A DNA stretch of 64,000 bases from Acidobacteriota bacterium (lineage in GTDB: Bacteria > Acidobacteriota > UBA6911), in NCBI GenBank assembly GCA_963664705.1, contig OY761556.1, positions 4,352,001-4,416,000 of the forward strand, read 5' to 3'. Under the pieces are notes generated by a model that saw only the letters and a list, made by a program, of their open reading frames with translations, was not told the DNA's origin and ran no database searches. Below, one piece after another: positions 9,815-18,917 of the stretch. Position numbers and translations under genes: made by a program. The first letter of the stretch is position 1; the number at the start of each line of letters is the position of its first letter.

Positions 9815-11404
9815 CTAGTTCTTGCTTACGAAGTTGGCGAATTCCCGCAATTTGTTGGAGCGATAAGGGCTGCGTAGTTTGAGCAGTGCCTTTTCTTCAA
9901 TCTGGCGAATCCTCTCCCTGGTAACCTGGAAAATCTCACCAACCTCCTGCAGCGTATACTCCTTCCCTGTTTCGTTCAGGCCATAACGCATGCGCACAAT
10001 CTCCTGTTCCCGCGGGGAAAGGGACTGCAGTGCGGAGCTGGTTACTTCCCGAAGATTATGTTTCATCACATCTTCGTCCGGGGAAATTGCATTTTTATCT
10101 TCAATGAACTTGTTCAGCACCGCATCTTTGTTATCCGCAATGCTGGCTTCCAGCGAAATGGGTTCCTGCGCAGCCTTCAGGATCTGGGTGACCTTGGCCA
10201 CCGGCGTCTTGAGTTCTTTGGCGAGCTCATGAACCGATGGTTCACGTCCCATACGCTTGGTTAACTCATTGGCAACCTTCAATACGCGGTTCATGGCTTC
10301 AACCATATGAACGGGAATCCGAATGGTTCTTCCCTGATCCGCAATGGCACGGGTAATGCTCTGCCGGATCCACCAGGTTGCATAGGTTGAAAACTTGTGG
10401 CCCAGCCGATAATTGAACTTGTCCACCGCCTTCATGAGCCCGATATTCCCTTCCTGAACCAGATCCAGAAGATCCAGTCCGGGATAGGAATAATTTTTGG
10501 CAATACTCAAAACCAGCCGAAGGTTCGATCGTACAAATTGATCCTTGGCATGCAGCATCTCTATTTTATTTTCGCTGATCAGCGCCAGAATCTTGCGCAA
10601 CTCCTCTGTGTTGGTCAGGTACTGTGCTTCCAATCCATTGACATGAGCGCGGGCTTCGCGCATGGCTTTGGAATGCGAATCGCGTCGGGACAGAGCCTTG
10701 ATTGCCGTCTGCGCGGCTTCCATCTGGTGCAGCACTTCCTCCAGGCTTCCGATCAAAGCCACGATCTGGTTTTCCGAGAAATCTATTTTCTTCAAAGAAG
10801 TGAAGATCGCCTCGCGGTTGCTTTCAATCTTTCTTAAGTCTTTTACTTTCTTAGTTTTGGTTTTCTGGAAGGCCCCTCTTGTGAGTCGGTACTTGGCCTC
10901 CAGTTTCTCGAGACGGGATACAATCCGCCGTATCTGCTTGATGCGCAGTCGCGTGCGCTCTTCGAGTGAAACCTCGCTTTCAGATTCCTTTTTTTCCTCG
11001 ATTCCAAACTGGGGAATCGCCGAGGGCGCACCCATTGGCTGCAGCTCGTCCGCAAGTTCCATTATCTTGTAAGTGTTTATGGGAGTTAGCGATAGAAGCC
11101 GCAGCGTGTTCAACTTGGCGGATTCGATCTTCTTCGCAAGGTAAACCTCTTCCTCCCGGGTCAACAACGGAATCTTGCTCATGCTCCTGTAGTAAATGTA
11201 CAGGGGATCGGCGGACGCTGTTGATTCTTCAGTCTTTCCTGCCGGCCGATTCTCGTTAGGCACGCGCGCAAATCGAACCCTGTCGACATAATTAGCCCGC
11301 GTTAATCTTGGAAACGATTCGGAAGGACCCAAACCATCCTCATCCAGATCTATCGAGTCATACTCGGTTTCTTCCAGGAAATCCTCTTGTTCTAATTCAA
11401 TCAT
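9815..11404 (-). CDS. RNA polymerase sigma-70 factor, RpoD/SigA family (possibly a paralog)
   Basis: Region 1.2 DPLYIY...LLTREEE, region 2 DLVQEGNIGLMKAVDKF/KFSTYATWWIRQ, region 4.2 TLQEVG..F.VTRERIRQIE.KAL. Confidence 0.92.
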   Translation of the reverse strand: MIELEQEDFLEETEYDSIDLDEDGLGPSESFPRLTRANYVDRVRFARVPNENRPAGKTEESTASADPLYIYYRSMSKIPLLTREEEVYLAKKIESAKLNTLRLLSLTPINTYKIMELADELQPMGAPSAIPQFGIEEKKESESEVSLEERTRLRIKQIRRIVSRLEKLEAKYRLTRGAFQKTKTKKVKDLRKIESNREAIFTSLKKIDFSENQIVALIGSLEEVLHQMEAAQTAIKALSRRDSHSKAMREARAHVNGLEAQYLTNTEELRKILALISENKIEMLHAKDQFVRSNLRLVLSIAKNYSYPGLDLLDLVQEGNIGLMKAVDKFNYRLGHKFSTYATWWIRQSITRAIADQGRTIRIPVHMVEAMNRVLKVANELTKRMGREPSVHELAKELKTPVAKVTQILKAAQEPISLEASIADNKDAVLNKFIEDKNAISPDEDVMKHNLREVTSSALQSLSPREQEIVRMRYGLNETGKEYTLQEVGEIFQVTRERIRQIEEKALLKLRSPYRSNKLREFANFVSKN

Positions 11405-11873
11405 TGTGAGTAATATCCTCTTAGGAGAGTTTTCTTAAAACCCCATTCCTCCAGACTAATCCTTCTCTTATAATGACTTAGGGGTGATCCGTGGTTCTAG
11501 TCCCGACCTCTTTAATGACTCAAGAGCTAAATTACATTCTTATAGATAATCAATGCCGAGAATAGTTTCAGTGGGCTAGGTGATTTTTACTATACTTCAA
11601 AATAAATACCCCGTTTTATGAAGGTTGGAACTCTCTTCCTCCGTTCGGATTGTACGGTAAAGCGTTTATTTCGTTCCGATTTTATGTATAACATCGGGTA
11701 TTATTTTTGGCAACTTGAATCCAGGTTTTTCGTACTATTTTCTCTTGATATTGCATGGAATTAGGGAGAAAAATCACTAATTTCTTAAAAGGTAGGCTTA
11801 TTGACTGACCGGCTGGTTTTCAATATCATTGATTGTTTCTAAATCTCTGCAAACCAATCCCTGGAGGCATGGC

Positions 11874-12815
11874 GTGATCGAGGTAGAACACATAAGTAAA
11901 GTTTATAACGGTCGCAGGGCGGTGGATGACGTCTCGTTTCGGGCGGAAAAGGGAGAGGTCCTTGGATTCCTCGGCCCCAACGGGGCCGGAAAGACCACAA
12001 CCATGCGGATTCTCACCTGCTACATGCCCTCTACCGAGGGCACAGCCAGGATTGCGGGATACGATGTCTTCGAAGAAAGCATCGAGGTACGGAAGCGCAT
12101 CGGCTATCTGCCGGAAAATCCGCCGCTCTATCCAGAAATGACGGTGAAATCCTACCTGGACTTTGTTGCGAAGATCAAAGGAACTCGGGCAAACCAGCGC
12201 AAGAGCCAGGTCTCCGAGGCGATCGGGAAATGCAACCTCGGTGATGTTCAGAACCGCATCATTGGCAAGCTGTCCAAAGGGTACAAACAGCGGGTCGGAC
12301 TTGCGCAGGCGCTTTTGAATAACCCCGAGGTGTTGATTCTCGATGAACCGACCCTGGGTCTGGATCCGAAACAGATTCATGATATACGGTCCCTCATCAA
12401 GAGTCTGGCTTCCGCCCATACTGTTATCCTTTCCACACACATTCTCCCTGAAGTCAGCATGACCTGTAACCGGGTTGTGATTATCAATAAAGGCAAAGTG
12501 GTCGCCATGGATACGCCTGACGGTCTGGCCCGCCAGATGCGTGGAGCCGAGAGAATCTCGATTACTGTGGACGGACCGATTGACGCCGTCCGCGAAAAAT
12601 TATCGGCAATTGACGGCGTTCTGAATGTGGAGGTTGGCAGCGAGGCGGCCGGAGCGCCGGTCAACTACAATGTCGAGTGCAAACTGGACAGCGATCTTCG
12701 CAGAATACTTGCGGCTGCAGTTGTATCGCAAGGCTGGGGGCTGCTTGAACTGCGTGGCGTCTCCATGAGTCTCGAAGACGTTTTCATCAATCTGATTACG
12801 AAAGAAGAAGCGTAG
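11874..12815 (+). CDS. ABC transporter ATP-binding protein (GldA-like)
   Basis: GPNGAGKTT Walker A, LSKGYKQRVG signature, ILDEPT Walker B. GTG start after GGAGG. Confidence 0.9.
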   Translation: MIEVEHISKVYNGRRAVDDVSFRAEKGEVLGFLGPNGAGKTTTMRILTCYMPSTEGTARIAGYDVFEESIEVRKRIGYLPENPPLYPEMTVKSYLDFVAKIKGTRANQRKSQVSEAIGKCNLGDVQNRIIGKLSKGYKQRVGLAQALLNNPEVLILDEPTLGLDPKQIHDIRSLIKSLASAHTVILSTHILPEVSMTCNRVVIINKGKVVAMDTPDGLARQMRGAERISITVDGPIDAVREKLSAIDGVLNVEVGSEAAGAPVNYNVECKLDSDLRRILAAAVVSQGWGLLELRGVSMSLEDVFINLITKEEA

Positions 12816-12844
12816 ACATTCTATAGCTATTTAGAGAGGCCCAA

Positions 12845-13615
12845 ATGCAAAACATACTGGCAATCTGGCAGCGGGAGATGAAGAGCTATTTCGTCTCGCC
12901 GATTGCTTATGTGGTATTGACCGTCTTTCTCTTCCTCTCAGGAATGATCTTTTTCGGCAACCTGAGGGAAGTGTACCAATACACCATGAGCACGGCCCAG
13001 CTTGGACAAAGCACTCAGCCGATCGATGTCCCAGCCTATGTCACCCAATCGCTGTTCAGAACGATTACAGTGGTTCTGCTCTTCCTTCTTCCAATGATGA
13101 CTATGGGACTTTTTTCGGAAGAGAAGAAGCGGGGAACGATCGAGCTGCTGTTGACGACGCCGATCCGCAACACCCATGCGATCCTGGGCAAATATGTGGC
13201 AAGTCTGACATTCCTGCTGATTCTGTTCGCCGCCAGCGGCGTCACTATTTCGTCTCTGTTTGTATACAGCCAGCCGGACTGGAAACCAATCCTGGCAGGG
13301 TACCTTGGCCTTTTTCTTTACGGCGCGGCACTCCTTGCGCTGGGACTCTTCATCTCAACGCTGACTGAAAACCAGATCATTGCCGTGATCGTGACCTTTG
13401 GTGTGAGCCTCGTTCTCTGGCTGATCAGCGTGTTCGCCGCTTCTGCCTCGGGCGCTGTCCGGGACGTTATCAACTACCTTTCGGTCATCAGTCATCTCGA
13501 TGACTTCATCAAAGGGGTGATCGACACGTCGCACGTAATCTATTACGTGACATTCGCGTTCGTTGCACTTTTCCTGGCTTATCGTTCACTTGAGTCCATG
13601 CGGTGGAAAGGCTAA
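12845..13615 (+). CDS. ABC-2 permease (GldF-like)
   Basis: REMKSYFVSPIAY, EEKKRGTIELLLT and multiple hydrophobic segments. Confidence 0.85.
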   Translation: MQNILAIWQREMKSYFVSPIAYVVLTVFLFLSGMIFFGNLREVYQYTMSTAQLGQSTQPIDVPAYVTQSLFRTITVVLLFLLPMMTMGLFSEEKKRGTIELLLTTPIRNTHAILGKYVASLTFLLILFAASGVTISSLFVYSQPDWKPILAGYLGLFLYGAALLALGLFISTLTENQIIAVIVTFGVSLVLWLISVFAASASGAVRDVINYLSVISHLDDFIKGVIDTSHVIYYVTFAFVALFLAYRSLESMRWKG

Positions 13616-15204
13616 TGAAAAAATATCTACAGAAGCTTGATACGTTAGGCCTGTTGTTCCTGGTGGCTGCGGTTATTTGGTATTCGATATCCAACATCTG
13701 GAGCAAATGGAACCTGGCATTTGCAGTTCTGGGCGGGGTTCTCATCGTGATAGGCGTCGCCGCCAACTACCGGCAGATCCTCGGTTCCCTGGGAAAGCGC
13801 TCGACAAAGTATGCCAGCAATTATGTAATTTCCCTGATCCTGGTGATTGCCATTATTGCGGGGCTAAACTACGTGGGTCAGCGTCATCCAAAGCGGGTCG
13901 ACATGACCGGCTCCGGCCGGTTCACACTTGCTCAACAGACAACGCAGGTATTGGGAAAATTAACCAAAGACGTTGATATTAAGGCGTTTTTCCCCGGCGG
14001 CGATTATGCTCCCCTGAAAGAATTGCTGATTGAATATAGAACGGTGAGCCCGCATGTTCGATACGAGTTTATAGACCCGGATCGGCAACCCGACGTCGCC
14101 AAACAAAATGATGTCACGGTATACGGCACGGTGCAGAATCCCTTCAGCGGCGCCCAGCTTAAGTTTGGGACTGTGATTATCTCCTACGGCAACCGCAACG
14201 AAAAAATCGAGAAGCGGTCTGAAGAAGTTCAGGAAGAGGACCTCACCAACGCCATAATTAAGGTGGGCCGGTCTGAAGCCAAGAAGATCTATTTCATTCA
14301 GGGCCACGGCGAAAAAGATCCGTCCGACACAGAACGCACCGGATACTCCGAAGCCAAGAAAGCGCTGGAAGGACAGGGTTACAAGGTAGAAACCCTAAAT
14401 CTGGCCACCGAGGGAAAAGTGCCGGAGGATGCAAAGGTGCTGGTTGAGGCCGGTCCGACGACAGAACCTTTTGCACAGGAACAGCAGTTCATCGCTGATT
14501 TCCTCAACAAGGGCGGCGTTGGCTTGCTTTTGCTTGTAGACCCGAATCCCGCCCCATCCTTTGAGGCATTCCTGAAAAACTGGGGAGTTAAGGTTGATAA
14601 CGACCTGGTACTCGATGTCAGCGGCGTCGGCAGATTGATGGGCGCCGGCCCCAGTATCCCGCTCGTCACAACTTACGAAGCCCACAAAATTACCGACCGC
14701 TTTAAGGCCATGACTTTCTTCCCTCTTACGCGTTCCATTGAACCGGACAAGAGCCTTCCCGGCGGAGCGACCGTTGAGACGCTGTTCAAGAGCAACCCGA
14801 ACAGCTGGGGAGAAACAAACCTGAGCAGCAAACAGGCTTCCTATGACCCCGGCAGCGATCTCAAAGGGCCGCTATCCCTTGCCGTTGCTGCAACGAAGGA
14901 AGTAAAACCGGCCTCCGCCAGCACACCCGCCGCCAAATCAAGGATTGTTGTCACGGGAACATCCAATTTCCCGGTCAATGCCTATTTCCCGCTTCAGGGA
15001 AATGGGAACCTCTTCCTTAACATGGTGAGCTGGCTTGCCCAAGATGAAGACCTGATCTCCATTCGGCCGAAAGCCCCTCAAGATCGTCGGCTCGTCCTTT
15101 CTGAAAGCCAGATGTCGCTGCTGCAATTGATTGCCGTGTTTGTGCTTCCGGGGATAGCCCTTATTGCCGGCATCGTCGTCGTCGTGAAGCGCCGGAGGAA
15201 ATAA
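13615..15204 (+). CDS. GldG-family ABC auxiliary protein
   Basis: N-terminal TM segments, DMT...FTL, YFIQGHGE, GNGNLFLNMVSWL and a C-terminal TM. Start overlaps the upstream stop (TAATG). Confidence 0.8.
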   Translation: MKKYLQKLDTLGLLFLVAAVIWYSISNIWSKWNLAFAVLGGVLIVIGVAANYRQILGSLGKRSTKYASNYVISLILVIAIIAGLNYVGQRHPKRVDMTGSGRFTLAQQTTQVLGKLTKDVDIKAFFPGGDYAPLKELLIEYRTVSPHVRYEFIDPDRQPDVAKQNDVTVYGTVQNPFSGAQLKFGTVIISYGNRNEKIEKRSEEVQEEDLTNAIIKVGRSEAKKIYFIQGHGEKDPSDTERTGYSEAKKALEGQGYKVETLNLATEGKVPEDAKVLVEAGPTTEPFAQEQQFIADFLNKGGVGLLLLVDPNPAPSFEAFLKNWGVKVDNDLVLDVSGVGRLMGAGPSIPLVTTYEAHKITDRFKAMTFFPLTRSIEPDKSLPGGATVETLFKSNPNSWGETNLSSKQASYDPGSDLKGPLSLAVAATKEVKPASASTPAAKSRIVVTGTSNFPVNAYFPLQGNGNLFLNMVSWLAQDEDLISIRPKAPQDRRLVLSESQMSLLQLIAVFVLPGIALIAGIVVVVKRRRK

Positions 15205-16628
15205 TGCGTTTTAAAGGCACGCTCATCCTGTTTGTCGTCTGCCTGCTTTTCGGCTGCTATGTGTATTTCTACGAAATCAAAGGAGGCGAGCAGCGCACCA
15301 AAGCCAAGGAAGCGGAAAACCAGGTCTGGAAGTTAGAAGCCAATACCGTTCAGCAGATCGATCTGTCATCCCCCAGCCTGCTTATCAGCGCGGTGCGTCA
15401 GAACGACAAGGACTGGATCCTCACGGCTCCCCAAAAATATGACGCGGATTCCGATGAACTGAACCGGCTCGCCGGTTCTGCCTCCAACATCCGGCGCGAA
15501 AATGTTGTCGATCCGAACGCGACCGATCTCGTCAAATTTGGCTTAAGCCCGGCCCGGGCAAGCTTGAAAGTCAAAACCAAGGATGGCAAGCAATATGCCA
15601 TCGATTTTGGAATCAACAACCCTACCGGAAGTTCAGCCTATGCCGTGATCCCGGGGAAAAAGGAAGTCTTCCTGGTATCGACAGCGACGGTAGGTGCTTT
15701 CGATAAAAAGACCGACGACTTGAGGAACCACAAAATCCTCGGTTTCGACCAGCCCGAAGTCCAGACATTGAACCTGTTGAGTTCGAAAGGAGACTTGCGG
15801 CTTAACAAAACAAGCGACGACCGATGGTGGATTATTGATAAAAACGAGACGGTTGCCGCCGACTCACCGGGGATTCGAGGAATCCTGAACACACTTTCCA
15901 TGGGACGCATCAAGGAATTTTTCAACGATGTTCCCGAAGAATACAAAACCCTGGGTTTTGATAAGCCAACAGTGGATGTTCTCCTTACTTACGGCAAGGA
16001 CAAAACGATTAGACACCTCGTGATTGGCATACCAAAATCGAGCCTTCACAAAAAGACACAGAGCGATTCCGGAAAGCCCTCCACGGACGGCTCTCCGGCG
16101 GATCTGTATCTAGCCAAGGACGAGTCCCGGCCGGATCTGTTTTTTATCGACAAGGAAACCGTCGATAAGCTGATGAAGGCGCGAAACGACATCCGGGATA
16201 AAGCTTTGGCATCCGTGCAGCGCTGGGATGTGGATTCTATCTTGCTGACCAACACCAAAGGCAGCTTTGCCTTTTCCAAATCGAATGGCGAATGGTTCGT
16301 GGCCGGAACCAAGAATAAGGCGAAATGGGATGGGATCAATGCCATCCTGGATGCCATGGAAAAGCCAGTAAAAGAATGGATTGACGCACCCTCTTCCCCT
16401 TCCACCTACGGTCTGGATAAACCCGCCATTCGGGTTGTCCTCAAGCAGGGGAGCACGGTGCTGGCGGATTGCTCGCTGGGCAAAGCAGGCAAAGATGGAA
16501 TCTACGCACAGATCAAAGGAGACTCCTCGGTGAAGGTCGCCGATCCGGATGGCCTCAGTGCCCTGGACAAGGGCGCATCCGACCTTGTGGAAACTCCGGC
16601 ACCACCCGCCGCGCCGGCAAAAAAATAG
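15204..16628 (+). CDS. DUF4340-like membrane-anchored periplasmic protein
   Basis: N-terminal TM anchor, repeated FGL/YGLDKP motifs, typical position after gldG-like genes. Confidence 0.7.
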   Translation: MRFKGTLILFVVCLLFGCYVYFYEIKGGEQRTKAKEAENQVWKLEANTVQQIDLSSPSLLISAVRQNDKDWILTAPQKYDADSDELNRLAGSASNIRRENVVDPNATDLVKFGLSPARASLKVKTKDGKQYAIDFGINNPTGSSAYAVIPGKKEVFLVSTATVGAFDKKTDDLRNHKILGFDQPEVQTLNLLSSKGDLRLNKTSDDRWWIIDKNETVAADSPGIRGILNTLSMGRIKEFFNDVPEEYKTLGFDKPTVDVLLTYGKDKTIRHLVIGIPKSSLHKKTQSDSGKPSTDGSPADLYLAKDESRPDLFFIDKETVDKLMKARNDIRDKALASVQRWDVDSILLTNTKGSFAFSKSNGEWFVAGTKNKAKWDGINAILDAMEKPVKEWIDAPSSPSTYGLDKPAIRVVLKQGSTVLADCSLGKAGKDGIYAQIKGDSSVKVADPDGLSALDKGASDLVETPAPPAAPAKK

Positions 16629-16634
16629 TTCACG

Positions 16635-16680
16635 GGAGGAATTGAAGATGCAGCGGATTCATTGCATCTTCAATTCTTCC
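16635..16680 (+). terminator. Long hairpin downstream of the ABC operon
   Basis: GGAGGAATTGAAGATGCA...TGCATCTTCAATTCTTCC. Confidence 0.6.
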
Positions 16681-16706
16681 CGATTTCTGTGTTTGTCGAC
16701 AAGGAG

Positions 16707-16735
16707 TTGATATTTATTGCCTTGTCGGGTATACT
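16707..16735 (+). promoter_or_regulatory. Sigma70 promoter of the rimP-nusA-infB operon
   Basis: TTGATA-N17-TATACT. Confidence 0.7.
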
Positions 16736-16754
16736 TCGAATGCTGCTTTTGTAC

Positions 16755-16784
16755 AAAGTGGGCGGGTGCCCACTTTTTTTGTTT
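16755..16784 (+). promoter_or_regulatory. rimP leader hairpin / attenuator
   Basis: AAAGTGGGC-GGGT-GCCCACTTT followed by a T run, between the promoter and the rimP start. Confidence 0.7.
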
Positions 16785-16794
16785 AGGGCGTAAA

Positions 16795-17295
16795 ATGGCA
16801 GTATCGGATTCGGACCAGCAATCCCTGGAACCCAGAATTGTAACCCTGGCAGAAGAGATCGCAGCTTCGCTGGGAGTGGAAATAGTTCTGGTTGAAGTAA
16901 AGGGAGACGGAAACCGCTCCATAGTCCGGGTATATATCGATAAGCCCGGCGGCATAACGCTGGACGACTGTGAGCGATTCAGTAAACGTTTTTCGGTTAC
17001 GCTGGATGTAGAAGACTGGATTCACTTCAGCTATACGCTGGAGGTATCTTCTCCAGGAGTGAATCGTCCCCTGGTCAAGGAATCGGATTTTAAGCGTTAC
17101 GCGGGACAGAACGCAAAAGTGCGAACACGCACTCCTCTGCAGGGGCAGAGGAACTTCAAGGGTAAGATTATAGGCGTGACGGAAGGCCGGTTGGAGCTTG
17201 AAGTTGCCCCGGAGAAACAGGTCGGAATCGCCTTGATGGACATCGAAAAGGCCAATCTGATAGCAGAATTGAATCTTAGGCCGCAGGGGTCCTGA
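16795..17295 (+). CDS. rimP: Ribosome maturation factor RimP
   Basis: VRVYIDKPGGITLDDC and YTLEVSSPGVNRPL; upstream of nusA. Confidence 0.95.
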   Translation: MAVSDSDQQSLEPRIVTLAEEIAASLGVEIVLVEVKGDGNRSIVRVYIDKPGGITLDDCERFSKRFSVTLDVEDWIHFSYTLEVSSPGVNRPLVKESDFKRYAGQNAKVRTRTPLQGQRNFKGKIIGVTEGRLELEVAPEKQVGIALMDIEKANLIAELNLRPQGS

Positions 17296-17301
17296 TAAAT
17301 T

Positions 17302-18768
17302 ATGTCGAACATCATAGCTCAAACGATCGAACAGATTAGCAAAGAAAAAAATGTCGATCCGAAGATTATAATCAGTGCGCTGGAAGACGCGATGGTGGCT
17401 GCTTCCAGAAAGTTCTACAAGACCAACGAAGACATCAATGCCCGGTTCGATCCGGAAACCGGGATGGTCGAGATCTTTGCTGTAAGGCGTGTGGTGGAAA
17501 ACGTTGAGAACCCCAGCCTGGAAATTTCGCTGACCGACGCCAAGGAAATTGATGACACCCTTGAAATAGACGACACCGTAGAGATTCCTAAGCCTACAGA
17601 TGTACTGGGAAGGATTGCGGCACAAACGGCCAAGCAGGTCATATTGCAAAAGGTCCGGGAAGCAGAACGCCAGAACATCTACAACGAGTATTCCCAGAAG
17701 ATCGGCGAAATGGTCAACGGCATCGCGAAGAGATTCGAGGGGCCGGATATCATTGTAGACATCGGCAAAACTGAAGCGCTTTTGCCTTTGCGAGAACAAT
17801 CCCGAGTCGAAACCTACAAACAGGGCGAGCGGATTCGTGCGGTCATTGCCAAAGTGTTGCCTGTTGCCAAGGGACCCCAGGTAATTCTGTCGCGAGTCGA
17901 TCCGCAATTGCTGATTCGCCTGTTTGAAATGGAAATTCCAGAAATCTACGACGGCACGATCGTCGTCAAAAGCGCGGTTCACGAACCTGGCGACCGCGCC
18001 AAGGTTGCGGTGGCATCGCTCGACAGGGATGTTGATCCCGTCGGGGCATGCGTCGGCATGAAGGGATCGAGAATCAACTCCATCATTCGTGAACTCCGGG
18101 GAGAAAAGATCGACATCGTTCAGTGGTCGGATGACGCGGCCACCTATGCTGCCAATGCATTGAACCCGGCAAAAATTTCCAAGGTGCTGATTATCGACGC
18201 ATCCGAAAAACGGATGGAAGTTATCGTTGAGGAAAAGCAGCAATCGCTGGCCATCGGGAAAAAGGGCCAGAATGTCCGGCTTGCATCAAGACTGATTGGC
18301 TGGCAGATCGATGTAAAGAGTGAAGAACAGAAGAAGCAGGAAGTGCTCAGCGTCATGGAATCGCTAACCTCCTCCTCCACCTCTCTCTCGGAACTGGAAG
18401 GAGTCAGCGATCGGATGATCGAAAAACTGCGTGAAGCCGGGATTGAGAATGTGGAACGCATCCTGGAATTGGGTGAAGACAAGCTAAAGGATATTCCGGG
18501 TGTCGGCGAAAAAACGGCAGCCAAGATCATGGAAGCTGCACGCGATCTGTTTGAAGAGGTAGAGATAGAGGTTCCCGAAGGCATCGACCTTCCAACCGCG
18601 ATTCAGGCTTCGGAGGAATCCGGAGAAGCTGTGGAGGGATCCAACGGATCCGAGTCTGAGGAAAATGATGCCTTAAGCAGCGCTGCTGCAGAAGATACGC
18701 CGGAAACCGAAGCGGCATCGGAGGTAGCTGAGGCCACTGCGGAAGAGGGTGACGACAAGCAGGTTTGA
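17302..18768 (+). CDS. nusA: Transcription termination factor NusA
   Basis: GRIAAQTAKQVI, DPVGACVGMKGSR, LAIGKKGQNVRLA and an acidic tail. Confidence 0.97.
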   Translation: MSNIIAQTIEQISKEKNVDPKIIISALEDAMVAASRKFYKTNEDINARFDPETGMVEIFAVRRVVENVENPSLEISLTDAKEIDDTLEIDDTVEIPKPTDVLGRIAAQTAKQVILQKVREAERQNIYNEYSQKIGEMVNGIAKRFEGPDIIVDIGKTEALLPLREQSRVETYKQGERIRAVIAKVLPVAKGPQVILSRVDPQLLIRLFEMEIPEIYDGTIVVKSAVHEPGDRAKVAVASLDRDVDPVGACVGMKGSRINSIIRELRGEKIDIVQWSDDAATYAANALNPAKISKVLIIDASEKRMEVIVEEKQQSLAIGKKGQNVRLASRLIGWQIDVKSEEQKKQEVLSVMESLTSSSTSLSELEGVSDRMIEKLREAGIENVERILELGEDKLKDIPGVGEKTAAKIMEAARDLFEEVEIEVPEGIDLPTAIQASEESGEAVEGSNGSESEENDALSSAAAEDTPETEAASEVAEATAEEGDDKQV

Positions 18769-18917
18769 GGTCCAGAGGATCCCGGCCGGTGATCGTTAGC
18801 ATCTAAAGTTGTAGTCGGTGCCTGGTTGCAAACGGCATCATATCTGGTTTAAGATTTTGACTTTGTCTCGAACTACCGGAAGAGCTCAAAGCATACGGTA
18901 TAGAGGTCTTTGCGCAA

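Noticed and set aside
16783-18243. 486-aa minus-strand ORF
   Set aside because: Antisense shadow of rimP-nusA.
18769-18917. Possible riboswitch or small gene (ylxR) between nusA and infB
   Set aside because: Only weak pairing (GGTGCC/GGCATC), no recognisable family and no convincing ORF.
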